Shown here one piece after another: positions 47,640 through 57,818 of a stretch of DNA of 64,000 bases (its first letter is position 1; every line of letters starts with the position of its first letter). The notes below the pieces were generated by a model that made no database searches, was not told the origin of the DNA, and was given only the letters and a program-made list of their open reading frames with translations. Location: assembly GCA_964567785.1 (NCBI GenBank), contig CAZMOK010000006.1:7331-71330 (forward strand). Reading direction: 5' to 3'. The position numbers and the translations under genes were made by a program. The stretch is from an uncultured Bacteroidales bacterium. Its GTDB lineage: Bacteria > Bacteroidota > Bacteroidia > Bacteroidales > JAGOPY01.

Positions 47640-50600
47640 ATGAAACTCAATACAATCATCAAATTCATTTTACTTCTGCTTATATCCCTTACGTTGATCC
47701 AGGCACAGGGCCAGTCGACCGGTGAGGAATACCGCCAGGCTATTGAACAGGCAGACGAGTATTTTGAGAAAGGTGATTTCATTAATGCCAAGGCATCCTA
47801 TCAGTATGCCAGTAAGCTTCAGCCTGATGAAGAATACCCCAAAGAAAAACTGGCAGAATCGATCGAGCTCATAAAAGTACAACTTGAAAAGAGCCAGCAA
47901 TATGCACAGAAGACAATCCTGGCCGATGACCTGTTCAACGAAGGCAGCTATGAGGCTGCCAGAAAAATGTATGAGCAGGCCCTGGAAATTCTTCCCAATG
48001 AAGAATATGCCCTCGAAAAAATAGATGAAATTGAACGTATACTGAAGGAGAGACGTGAAATTGAAGAGGGATATGCAAAAAGCGTTGCCGAAGGTGATGA
48101 GTTCTTCATAAACGAAGATTATGAAAAAGCGTTGGATGCTTACAAGATGGCCGCTACTTTCAAACCCGGTGAAAAATATCCGGCCGAAAAAATTGAGGAA
48201 ACCGAAACTATCCTCGATTCATTAAGGGCCAGCGAAGATGAGTATGAGAATGCACTATCACTGGCTGAAGAGTTTGTTGGCAGGGAAAAGTATGATGAAG
48301 CGCTGGTCCAGTTGAATAAAGCCATTAAGATCAAGCCCGGCGAGGCCTTTCCGGCAAAAAGGCTGGAGGAGGTTAAACTACTTAAAAAGGAATACGACTC
48401 TTACACGTCAATAATCGAGGAAGCAGACCAGCTTTATATCAGCAAGGAATTTCTGAAGGCAAAAGAAAAATACGAGGAGGTGCTGAAAACTCATCCCGAT
48501 GATGATTATGTACTGAACATGATCGACCGTACAGAACTGGCCATGGCCGAGATCGAAGACCTGAACAGGTCAAGCTATGAGCTGGCCATTGAAAAAGCGG
48601 ATGAATTATTCAGCGAAGAAGATTATGAAAACGCACTGAAGGAGTATAAAAAGGCCCTGTCGTTCAAGCCCGGCGCTGAATACGCATTGAAACGGATCGA
48701 TAAGGTGAATGAGTTGGCAAACCTCAGAAAAACCCAGGAGGAAGCTTATAAACAGACCATTGCAAAAGCCGACCAGCTTTATAAGGACGAAAAGTACACC
48801 GAATCCCGCGAGGAATATGTTAAAGCAAGGGAACTGAAGCCGCTTGAACAATATCCAGAGGTAAAAATAAGTGAGATTGACGATATACTGGAGCAGCTCA
48901 AAAGCCGTGAGGAAACTTATGAGGCCCTTATAGCCGGCGCCGACAAGCTCTTTTATGCCGACGACTATGAAGAAGCAAGGGAGCAATACCGGAAGGCTTC
49001 AGAAATGTTTCCCGCTAAGCAGTACCCGCTCGACCAGATCACCATGATCAACGAGATCATCGGATTGAGGGATACCTACATTAAAGAGCTTACGCGTGCC
49101 GACAGGTTGCTTGCTGAAGAGAAATATGAAGAGGCCATCCTTGCTTACCGCCAGGCAGCAGAAATAGACCCTGAAGAGAACTATCCTGATGAAAAGATAA
49201 ATGAGATCGAGTCTCTGCTGGCTGAAAGGGCCAAAGAACTTGACAACAAGTACAAGGAGCTTATTGCAAAAGCCGACTCAGAGTTTGAGAGCCGTGACTA
49301 CGAGGCAGCATCTGCAACATACAGGGCCGCGTCAGAGATCAAACCTGATGAACCCTACCCTAAAGAGAAGATCGAACTCATTGATAAAAACCTTTTTGAG
49401 ATAGCAAGGCAGCAGGAAGCAGATCAGCAATACGAAGACGCAATGGCAACCGGCGGGATGCGGATTCGGGAGAAAAAGTACCAGGAAGCATTGGCTGCAT
49501 ACAAGCTGGCAGCAGAGCTCAAGCCTGACGAACAGGAGCCGAAAGATAAAATTGAGGAAACAAATGAACTGATTGCCGAAAAAAACAGGCAGGAAGCTGT
49601 TGACCTGAAGTATAACCCCCTGGTAGCAGAGGCTGACCAGCTTTTCAGTGATAAAAAGTACAAAGAAGCCCTTGTTAAATACAAACAGGCAAGGGAGCTT
49701 AAGCCAGAAGAGGAATATCCGAGAGAAAGGATAACTGTTACCGAAGGGATCATAGCAGAACTCGAGCTCATGGCTGAACTTGAAACTGAGTACAATGACT
49801 TTATACTTTCAGCCGATTCGGCCTTTGAGGCAAATGACCTTGAACTGGCAAGGACCCTCTACAGCCAGGCTGCTGCGTTGATGCCCGAAAAAGCCTATCC
49901 CGGCCAGAAGATTGACGAAATAGAGCGAAAATTAGCCGACGCCGAAGAACTTGAAGAAAGTTACAATACAGCCCTGGCCCTGGGCGAACAATACCTTGAT
50001 AGCCAGGAATACGGGGAAGCTCTTGAACAATACAGGATCGCCTCTGAGCTCAAGCCTGATGCTGAGTTACCGGCCACTAAGTTGGATGAGATCAATTCCA
50101 TTCTTGACGAAATAGCCAGGAATGAACAGATAAAGAATGAGTATGAAGACATAATTGCGGAAGCCGATAAAGCCTACAATGAAAATAGATATGAGGAGGC
50201 TATTGAGCTCTACCGGGAAGCGGCTAAAGTGATCCCCGACAAGATCTACCCCCAGGAAATGATAAGAGAGATCGAGATCATCAGGGATGAAATTGCTGTT
50301 GAAGAGGAGCGTCAAAGGCGATACGACAAGCTGATAAAATCGGCTGACAGCCTACTTACCATCGAAAACTATGGCCTTGCCCTCACATCATACAAAGAAG
50401 CGCTTGACCTGAAACCCGATGAAGCCTACGCTGCCCGGAAGGTTACCGAACTGGAAGAAACTATTGCTGAAATAGCGAGGGAGAATGAACTGAATACAAG
50501 GTACGAAGAGACTATAGCGGCAGCCGACGAAGCTTTCGATGCTACAGAGTATGATAAGGCCATGGAAAAGTACCGGTCAGCTTCTGAGATCAAGCCTGGT

Positions 50601-52226
50601 GAAACTTACCCCGGTGAAAAGATCAGTGAGATCAATCGCATACTTGAAGATATTGCAAAGGCAGAGGCCAAACAGCAGCAGTATGACCAGGCCATAGCCC
50701 GCGCTGATGAGCTGGCCGGATCATCAAAATACGAAGAAGCACTGGCTGAATATAAAGCTGCACAGGCCCTTAAGCCTGATGAAGATTATCCTGCCGGCAA
50801 GATCAGGGAAATGAATACCATATTAGAGGATATTGCCAGGAAAGAAGAAATACAACGCAAGTACGACATGGCCGTATCGAATGGCGACAGTCTGCTGGGT
50901 GCCGGCCAGTTCAGAGCAGCAATAACTTCTTTCAATGTTGCAACGGAATTGAAACCTGATGAACAATATCCAAAAGAAAAGATCCTGGAGTCGCAGCGCA
51001 AACTCGACGAAATTGCTGCTGCAAAAGCCCTTGAGGAAGAATATAATGAAGCTGTAGCCCTTGCCGACAGCTACGTTGATCAGGCACTTTACGAAAGCGC
51101 AATCAATAATTACAAAAAAGCCCTCGAGCTGAAACCTGAAGAACAGTACCCGAAAAATAAAATCACAGAGCTGGAAACCCTTCTGGCGGCCAATACCGAA
51201 TATGAAGAAGCAATTTCCTTTGCTGACGATCATTTTAAGCGCAGGGACTGGGAGAACGCCACCCTTGAATACAAAAGGGCCAATTCAATTAAGCCCGGTG
51301 AGAGCTATCCACTCGACAGGATTGCAGAAATAGAGTCGTTAATAGCAGAGGAAAAAAGGCTGAAAAAGATCGAAGAAGATTACAGGAAGGTTATTAAAGA
51401 AGCCGACAAACTTTACGCATCAGAGGAATTTCAGCCTGCATTGGAAGCCTACCGGCAGGCACTTGAAATCAAACCGGAAGAAACTTATCCTGTGACCAGG
51501 ATCGAGGTGATCAAGGAAAAGCTTGAAATACTCGAAGAGCAAAAAGAGAAGGCCTATGAGCTTGCCATCGCCAAAGCCGATAATTTCTTCGAGCAGGAAA
51601 ACTATGAAATGGCCAAGCTTAACTATGAGACGGCTTCCGATCTAAAGCCCCGGGAAACATATCCGGTCGATAGGCTTAAAGAAGTGAACGAGATGATAAT
51701 GCTGAGGAGGCAGGTGCTGCAGGAAGAATATGACAAGGCAATTGCCGATGCCGACAAATTCTATGCGTCGAAGATATACGACAACGCCATTGAATCTTAC
51801 AGGGAAGCTGCCATGATCAAATCCGACGAAGCATACCCTGTGGAGATGATCCGGAATATTATGAAGTTGCTCAGCGAAAGGGCTATTGTGGATGTAAACC
51901 GCGAACCCCTGCTCATTGAGAACAATACCACGGAGAAGTTCACATTTCCACCGGTGCCGGTTCAAAACAGGAAATCGAACTACATCTTTTTCAAGGCTAC
52001 GAACAAATCTGAAAATGATTACAAGGTCATCCTGAGCTTTGGTGAAGGAAGTGCCAAGAACGGAGGAGTTGTTGTAAAAGTACCACCGGGCAGTGAAGAA
52101 AATGAATTCCTCGTAAGGATCAGCGCACAGTATAAATGGTTCAGCGAAGACAACAATTGGATCACGCTATATCCAGAAGGAGGCGATCTGGAACTCGGAC
52201 TGATGCAGATCTCCAATTCGGATTAA
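47640..52226 (+). CDS. Large exported TPR-like repeat protein (24 repeats) with C-terminal beta-sandwich-like domain
   Basis: Signal peptide; recurring Y..AI..AD..F....Y..A...Y..A..LKP.E.YP..KI unit; final ~110 aa are beta-rich. Confidence 0.85.
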   Translation: MKLNTIIKFILLLLISLTLIQAQGQSTGEEYRQAIEQADEYFEKGDFINAKASYQYASKLQPDEEYPKEKLAESIELIKVQLEKSQQYAQKTILADDLFNEGSYEAARKMYEQALEILPNEEYALEKIDEIERILKERREIEEGYAKSVAEGDEFFINEDYEKALDAYKMAATFKPGEKYPAEKIEETETILDSLRASEDEYENALSLAEEFVGREKYDEALVQLNKAIKIKPGEAFPAKRLEEVKLLKKEYDSYTSIIEEADQLYISKEFLKAKEKYEEVLKTHPDDDYVLNMIDRTELAMAEIEDLNRSSYELAIEKADELFSEEDYENALKEYKKALSFKPGAEYALKRIDKVNELANLRKTQEEAYKQTIAKADQLYKDEKYTESREEYVKARELKPLEQYPEVKISEIDDILEQLKSREETYEALIAGADKLFYADDYEEAREQYRKASEMFPAKQYPLDQITMINEIIGLRDTYIKELTRADRLLAEEKYEEAILAYRQAAEIDPEENYPDEKINEIESLLAERAKELDNKYKELIAKADSEFESRDYEAASATYRAASEIKPDEPYPKEKIELIDKNLFEIARQQEADQQYEDAMATGGMRIREKKYQEALAAYKLAAELKPDEQEPKDKIEETNELIAEKNRQEAVDLKYNPLVAEADQLFSDKKYKEALVKYKQARELKPEEEYPRERITVTEGIIAELELMAELETEYNDFILSADSAFEANDLELARTLYSQAAALMPEKAYPGQKIDEIERKLADAEELEESYNTALALGEQYLDSQEYGEALEQYRIASELKPDAELPATKLDEINSILDEIARNEQIKNEYEDIIAEADKAYNENRYEEAIELYREAAKVIPDKIYPQEMIREIEIIRDEIAVEEERQRRYDKLIKSADSLLTIENYGLALTSYKEALDLKPDEAYAARKVTELEETIAEIARENELNTRYEETIAAADEAFDATEYDKAMEKYRSASEIKPGETYPGEKISEINRILEDIAKAEAKQQQYDQAIARADELAGSSKYEEALAEYKAAQALKPDEDYPAGKIREMNTILEDIARKEEIQRKYDMAVSNGDSLLGAGQFRAAITSFNVATELKPDEQYPKEKILESQRKLDEIAAAKALEEEYNEAVALADSYVDQALYESAINNYKKALELKPEEQYPKNKITELETLLAANTEYEEAISFADDHFKRRDWENATLEYKRANSIKPGESYPLDRIAEIESLIAEEKRLKKIEEDYRKVIKEADKLYASEEFQPALEAYRQALEIKPEETYPVTRIEVIKEKLEILEEQKEKAYELAIAKADNFFEQENYEMAKLNYETASDLKPRETYPVDRLKEVNEMIMLRRQVLQEEYDKAIADADKFYASKIYDNAIESYREAAMIKSDEAYPVEMIRNIMKLLSERAIVDVNREPLLIENNTTEKFTFPPVPVQNRKSNYIFFKATNKSENDYKVILSFGEGSAKNGGVVVKVPPGSEENEFLVRISAQYKWFSEDNNWITLYPEGGDLELGLMQISNSD

Positions 52227-52323
52227 ATAAGCCCACATCATACTGATTATTAAGGCTTTGTCAATTTATCACTATACATATCGACGATTTTTCATATTTT
52301 TGTGTTACTAAATCCTGCCTCAT

Positions 52324-53811
52324 ATGGAGAATTATTTCAAACCTTTCAGGGATAACATTATAGGGATAGATCAAACCTTCAACGGTCCTTATGGCGAGAA
52401 GAAGATCGTTTATGCCGACTGGATAGCCAGCGGCAGGCTCTACAGGCCAATTGAGGACAGACTGATAAACACATTCGGCCCGTTTATAGGTAATACACAC
52501 ACAGAAACCAGTGAAACGGGTGTGTTGATGACAAAAGCCTATCACATTGCCCATCAAAAGATCAAAGAGCACGTAAATGCTTCTGATGATGATGCCATTA
52601 TCACTGCAGGTTTTGGAATGACTGCCGTTGTCAATAAGTTGCAACGGATTCTCGGTCTCAAAACCTGTGGCTATCTCAACCGCGACGAATGCAACCAGGA
52701 CCGTGAACGACCGGTTATTTTCATTTCCCACATGGAACATCACTCAAACCACACTTCCTGGTTCGAAACAGTTGGTGATGTTGTCCAGATCCCCCCCGGC
52801 GACGGCCTTTTGATAGACCTCGATAAACTGAAAAGGGAACTTGAGAAGTATAAGGACCGCAAAACCAAGATAGGCACATTCACTGCTTGCTCAAATGTTA
52901 CCGGAGTTCACACACCCTTTCACCAGATGGCCAGGTTAATGCACGAATACGGTGGGGTGGCTTTTATCGATTTTGCCGCATCTGCTCCCTACGTTGATAT
53001 AAACATGCACCCTGAAGACCCCATGGAAAAGCTGGATGCCATATTCTTTTCTCCCCATAAATTCCTTGGTGGCCCTGGCAGTTCAGGGGTTTTGATCTTC
53101 GATAAAAAATTATATCAAAAACACGGCCCGCCCGATCAGCCGGGCGGCGGAACCGTTGACTGGACCAACCCATGGGGTGAGTTTAAATACATTGATGACA
53201 TTGAGGCAAGGGAGGACGGAGGAACACCCGGCTTCCTGCAGGCTATTAAAACATCCCTGGCGCTTGAGCTGAAGAATAAAATGGGTGCAAAGAATATTGA
53301 GGAAAGGGAAAAACACCTTACCGGTAAAGCCTTTGAAGTGCTCCCAAATGTCCCGGGGCTAAACATCCTTGCGGAAAACGTCAGGGAAAGGCTTGGCGTG
53401 ATCTCCTTTTATTTCGACCATATTCATTTCAACCTGGCCGTGAAATTGCTGAACGATATTTACGGCATCCAGGTCAGGGGTGGTTGCGCCTGTGCCGGGA
53501 CATACGGCCACTACCTTCTAGATGTAACTTATGACAAATCACATGAAATAACCTCCCTGATCAGTTCCGGCGATTTATCGCTGAAGCCCGGATGGGTCAG
53601 GTTATCGCTGCACCCTACAATGACTGATGACGAGCTTGATTACATACTTCAAGCAATCAGGGATGTGGCAGTCAATTATCAGAAATGGAGCAGCGACTAT
53701 ATCTACAATAACAAAACGAACGAGTTCAGGCATAAAAGCGAGCCTGAAGATAAATCCGATTTAATTAAAGACTGGTTTTTACTTGAAGAGATGCACAAAC
53801 TTACGGTCTGA
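52324..53811 (+). CDS. Aminotransferase class V / cysteine desulfurase-like PLP enzyme
   Basis: YADWIASG, MEHHSN, DFAASAPY, FSPHKFLGGPG (PLP Lys), GGTP, RGGCACAG. Confidence 0.88.
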   Translation: MENYFKPFRDNIIGIDQTFNGPYGEKKIVYADWIASGRLYRPIEDRLINTFGPFIGNTHTETSETGVLMTKAYHIAHQKIKEHVNASDDDAIITAGFGMTAVVNKLQRILGLKTCGYLNRDECNQDRERPVIFISHMEHHSNHTSWFETVGDVVQIPPGDGLLIDLDKLKRELEKYKDRKTKIGTFTACSNVTGVHTPFHQMARLMHEYGGVAFIDFAASAPYVDINMHPEDPMEKLDAIFFSPHKFLGGPGSSGVLIFDKKLYQKHGPPDQPGGGTVDWTNPWGEFKYIDDIEAREDGGTPGFLQAIKTSLALELKNKMGAKNIEEREKHLTGKAFEVLPNVPGLNILAENVRERLGVISFYFDHIHFNLAVKLLNDIYGIQVRGGCACAGTYGHYLLDVTYDKSHEITSLISSGDLSLKPGWVRLSLHPTMTDDELDYILQAIRDVAVNYQKWSSDYIYNNKTNEFRHKSEPEDKSDLIKDWFLLEEMHKLTV

Positions 53812-53831
53812 CAAAACCAATTTCAAAAGGT

Positions 53832-55175
53832 TCAGGCCCTGTTAAGCTCTAGCAGTGTGATCTCCGGAAGAATGCCTACCCTGCCGGGATATCCTATCAT
53901 GCCAAGCCCCCTGTTCACATAAAGATATTGTTGCCTCCCGCGGTTTGTAAGATCGTATAGCCCTGCCCAGTATTTGTACATATACTGTGCGAGGCTCCAT
54001 TTGAATCCTTTGAATTCAACACCAAACTGGAAACCATGGGTATGACCGGAAAGTGTGAGATCGACCTCCGGATGTTTTTCAGTGACTATTTTTTCCCAGT
54101 GAGTAGGATCGTGCGACAAAAGTATCCTCACAGGTAAATCTTCTGTGCCGGCAAGGGCCTTATCAAGATCGCCATACTGAGGGAATCTCTTGTTCTTGCT
54201 CCAGTTCTCAACGCCCAGTATGGCTATCTTATCGTCTCCCCTCTTTATAACGTTACTTTCGTTATTTAGCAGTTTCCAGCCAAGCCCTTCATAAAAATCG
54301 TAAAGCATCTGCAGGTTCTTTTTCTTTGCCTCGTCGTCGGGCCAGTTCACATAATCGCCGTAATCATGGTTACCCAGCACGGCATAGATCCCCTGGCTGG
54401 CTTTTATTTTTTTGAGTGAATCCCTGAACCTGATCGCTTCGGAAGTGGTGGAGTTGACCAGGTCGCCTGTAAACATCACCAGGTCAGGGTTCAGAGAGTT
54501 AATTAGTTCTGCAGCTTCATCCAGGGGATCGGAACTTATCCAGCTACCAAGGTGAAGATCGGAGATCTGTACTACCCTCAGTCCATCGAAGGATGCGGGC
54601 AGTGACGGTAACCTGATAAACTCCCGCCTTATCCTGAAATCATATGCCCATTTAATAACACCTACCAGCATACCACTAAGTAAAAGACCTCCCCCGGCAA
54701 GGCCCATAGTTTTGAGAAATCTGGCACGGTTCATAGTGGTTGCTTCCTGGTTAAAGGGTTTCTTCTGCCTTTTTGCCTTCGCAAAGCGAAAAGAAAAATC
54801 AACGATCCGGATAAGGTCCACAATCAGGAAAAACAGTACCGCCAGCAACTTGGAAATATAAATAACAAAAGATATCCCGAATGCATAAATCGCAAAGGCG
54901 CCAGTCCATGTATAATAAGGCTTTACGATCAGGGCAAGGCCCATGCCTACCATCATGACAAACGGTAACCAGTAAAGAAAAGTAATACCGTATTTCCAGG
55001 AGGCCTTTATCTTTTTCAGGTCTTTCCTGATGGAATACCACAGATAAAAATCTATTGCAAAAAGGAAGACCAGGAGAGGGATCCTGTCAGCCATTTTGGG
55101 AAATGTACTGCTCAGTAAAATATAGGTTAAGACCAAAAATACTGCGCCTGCAAGTATATATAGGAACCTCTTCAT
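53832..55175 (-). CDS. Membrane-bound calcineurin-like metallophosphoesterase (YkuE-like)
   Basis: N-terminal TM helices; SDLH, TGDLVN, LGNHDYG, LSHDP, GHTHG. Confidence 0.9.
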   Translation of the reverse strand: MKRFLYILAGAVFLVLTYILLSSTFPKMADRIPLLVFLFAIDFYLWYSIRKDLKKIKASWKYGITFLYWLPFVMMVGMGLALIVKPYYTWTGAFAIYAFGISFVIYISKLLAVLFFLIVDLIRIVDFSFRFAKAKRQKKPFNQEATTMNRARFLKTMGLAGGGLLLSGMLVGVIKWAYDFRIRREFIRLPSLPASFDGLRVVQISDLHLGSWISSDPLDEAAELINSLNPDLVMFTGDLVNSTTSEAIRFRDSLKKIKASQGIYAVLGNHDYGDYVNWPDDEAKKKNLQMLYDFYEGLGWKLLNNESNVIKRGDDKIAILGVENWSKNKRFPQYGDLDKALAGTEDLPVRILLSHDPTHWEKIVTEKHPEVDLTLSGHTHGFQFGVEFKGFKWSLAQYMYKYWAGLYDLTNRGRQQYLYVNRGLGMIGYPGRVGILPEITLLELNRA

Positions 55176-55306
55176 TCAATCAGCCCGGTGCGAAATTAGA
55201 AAATACTTGATTCTAACAAGTTAAGGTAGTATTATGTTTAATTTAAGTTATAACTAACGGAAAATGTCACCTATTATTTTATTTAGAAAGCTTTCAACTA
55301 TTAATT

Positions 55307-55749
55307 CATCTAACAGGAGAAAAGTTTGGTGCCTGCTTTTCCAGCATTCCACCTACTAACAACAATAACTGGCTGATTACCCCGCTTTTTAGACCTGGGA
55401 AACAATTCAGAACTCTTTTTCCGGGTTAAATCATATACCGACAGCTATAGCCTGGAAAGGTATAAAATTGGTTTTTCAACTACCGGTACCAACCCCGAAG
55501 ATTTTATTATTGTATCTGGTTCAACACCCATGCTTACGCCTGCTGATGCCTGGGAAGAACTTGAAAACACGCTCTGAAAAAATGATCCGGACACTTATCC
55601 TTACCGACTCAAAAGGCAGGCTGGTCTTCAGGAAGGATATTTCGATCAAGGAATACATACTGAGCACTGAAAGCATGGCTCCCGGACTATACCTGTTAAG
55701 ATTTGAAGGGGAATCCTGTTCCGGTTCAAGAAAGATTTTGGTAAGATAA
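55307..55749 (+). pseudogene. Remnant of a cleaved-adhesin (choice-of-anchor J-like) T9SS cargo gene
   Basis: HLTGEKFGACFSSIPPTNNNNWLITPL in one frame. After a +1 shift in the T5 run at 55386-55390 it continues LDLGNNSELFFRVKSYTDSYSLERYKIGFSTTGTNPEDF... to TGA 55575-55577. A CTD-like segment (ILTDSKGRLV...PGLYLL...KILVR*) follows in the third frame. Confidence 0.62.
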
Positions 55750-55852
55750 CAGCACGAAATAAGTATTGTTAAAGCGTAAACGCCCTGAAAGGGCTTTTAC
55801 GCCTTTTTTCATTATTCCCCTCAAACATTTTCTTATATTTCTGAAAAAAATA

Positions 55853-56416
55853 ATGAAACATAAACCGGCTTTAAGAATATCCATATTCCTGAATATATTA
55901 CTGTTGATCCTCTTAATACTGATTGCCTTTAACACCCAATTTTATAAGATACGTGGGATTTCCAGCCTGGATGAGCAGAACAGTAAAGAGCTTTTCTCAC
56001 TTGCCGGGGAAGCATTAAGATCAGGTGATGTGCCTGTTGGCTCTCTTGTTCTGTATGATGGCGAGATAATAGGAAAAGGATTTAATACAGTGTATAGGGA
56101 TAAAAATATTTGTGGTCATGCAGAGATCAATGCCTTGAACGATGCCATTCAAAAGCTTGGAATAAGGGAATTCCTTGACCTGGAAAGGGAAAAACTTGAG
56201 GTAATATCAACCTTTGAGCCCTGCGAGATGTGCAAGGGCACCCTTAATCACTACAGGATAAATAACCTGACTTTTATGAAGAGCAAAAGCTATGGTATCT
56301 GGATCAGGAATCACTGGGCTTCTTTCAGATATGAGTTAGCAAAAAGACAATCTCCCGGAACTCAAATCCAGGACTCATTGTTTATGCTGCACCCAGAATA
56401 TCCCGGGAATAATTGA
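55853..56416 (+). CDS. Zn-dependent nucleoside/tRNA deaminase family protein with N-terminal TM helix
   Basis: GDVPVGS, HAEINAL and EPCEMC motifs; hydrophobic ISIFLNILLLILLILIAF. ATG 55853 preferred over TTG 55766. Confidence 0.8.
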   Translation: MKHKPALRISIFLNILLLILLILIAFNTQFYKIRGISSLDEQNSKELFSLAGEALRSGDVPVGSLVLYDGEIIGKGFNTVYRDKNICGHAEINALNDAIQKLGIREFLDLEREKLEVISTFEPCEMCKGTLNHYRINNLTFMKSKSYGIWIRNHWASFRYELAKRQSPGTQIQDSLFMLHPEYPGNN

Positions 56417-56450
56417 CCTTTTTATAGCTTATATTAAAAGATCTCAATTA

Positions 56451-56471
56451 TGATCACTGATCACTGATCAC
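56451..56471. repeat. Heptamer tandem repeat (TGATCAC)3
   Basis: Three exact copies downstream of the deaminase stop. Confidence 0.8.
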
Positions 56472-56513
56472 TGTTAATTTTTAATACCTTCGTTTGAATC
56501 AACTTAATTGCAT

Positions 56514-57818
56514 ATGATCAATGATAAGAATGCCGACCGGGATGGCCTGATATTCATTCGATTCCTGGTCAAATACAGGGTGACACTTATTATTACCCTG
56601 ATTGTTGCCGTTGCAGCCACCCTGGTCGCAACATGGTTGATGGAGCCAAAGTACAGGTCTTCGGGCATCATCTTCCCAACCCCTACCAACTCCCCGGAAA
56701 AGATCCTTGTTGAACCGCAGTTTGGCTATGAAGTCGACGCCGATTGGCTGATGCAGGTACTTAGATCAGATATTGTAAGGGACACCCTGAATAATAAATT
56801 CAATCTTGTAGAGCACTTCGAAATTGATACATCCAGATCAGGATGGCCTGACGACTTCAGGAAAGAGTATGAGGATATGCTGAACTTCGAAAGAACAAGA
56901 TATATGTCGATCGAAATAACAGCAGTGACAAATAACCCGCAGCTATCGGCCGATATTGTGAACACAGTGATAAAAGATATTGACCAGATCAGGGAAAGCA
57001 TCTTCAAATCAAATACTTACCAGTCGCTAATACACTACGAAAACGCCTATTTCAGCAAAAAAAAGCATATAAACAAACTTGTCGACAGCATACACAACCT
57101 TCGTGATCACAATACCTCAAGATCGCTGGAACTCCTTTACCGGCAGATCAGGAATAAGTCGGAGGAAATAGACAGGTACAGGGTCGAATTGGATTCAATG
57201 AGGAACAGCTATAATTTCTATGATCTTGAAACACACCTTGAAACCCTGAGCTCAGAACTCACCAAAGCCAGAAGCGCCTATTCCGGTGAAAAGGGGAAAT
57301 ATGACGTATACAAAAGATCACTGCCTGAAAAGGACAGCCTTTTGATCCTAACAGAAGCCAGGCTGGAAGCAGCTACACGGAAGATCAACAGACTTGAAAC
57401 AGAGATTGAAACATTTGACGACATCAAGAAAAGATATGAGGAGCTGACCTACAAACTGCGATCAGATATAGAACAGTTAAATGAACTTACCAGGGAATAT
57501 GAAAACACGGCAAATGATTTCGAGCCTTTTGTCAACAGCATACTCCTTGAGAGGCTATCGAGCGATTACACCCACGAGCAGGTGCTTCTGAACGAGTTGA
57601 GGTACAAATATGAGAACGCACAGCAGAATTATCGTAATCCCATCCCCTCTGTCTATGTTATCAACAGAGCAGAACCTTCATACGAAAAAGTATCCCCTTC
57701 TTTACTGAAAAACGGGCTCATCATTACTGCGCCGTTGCTTTTACTTGTTGTGGGGGCATTGGCCCTTTATGAGAAATTTCTGTCGATAAAATCCAGGCTG
57801 AATGAACCGGCTGGCTGA
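56514..57818 (+). CDS. Wzz/GumC-type polysaccharide co-polymerase (chain-length determinant)
   Basis: Two terminal TM helices, PKYRSSGIIFP, long coiled coil, proline motif AEPSYEKVSP before TM2. Confidence 0.78.
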   Translation: MINDKNADRDGLIFIRFLVKYRVTLIITLIVAVAATLVATWLMEPKYRSSGIIFPTPTNSPEKILVEPQFGYEVDADWLMQVLRSDIVRDTLNNKFNLVEHFEIDTSRSGWPDDFRKEYEDMLNFERTRYMSIEITAVTNNPQLSADIVNTVIKDIDQIRESIFKSNTYQSLIHYENAYFSKKKHINKLVDSIHNLRDHNTSRSLELLYRQIRNKSEEIDRYRVELDSMRNSYNFYDLETHLETLSSELTKARSAYSGEKGKYDVYKRSLPEKDSLLILTEARLEAATRKINRLETEIETFDDIKKRYEELTYKLRSDIEQLNELTREYENTANDFEPFVNSILLERLSSDYTHEQVLLNELRYKYENAQQNYRNPIPSVYVINRAEPSYEKVSPSLLKNGLIITAPLLLLVVGALALYEKFLSIKSRLNEPAG

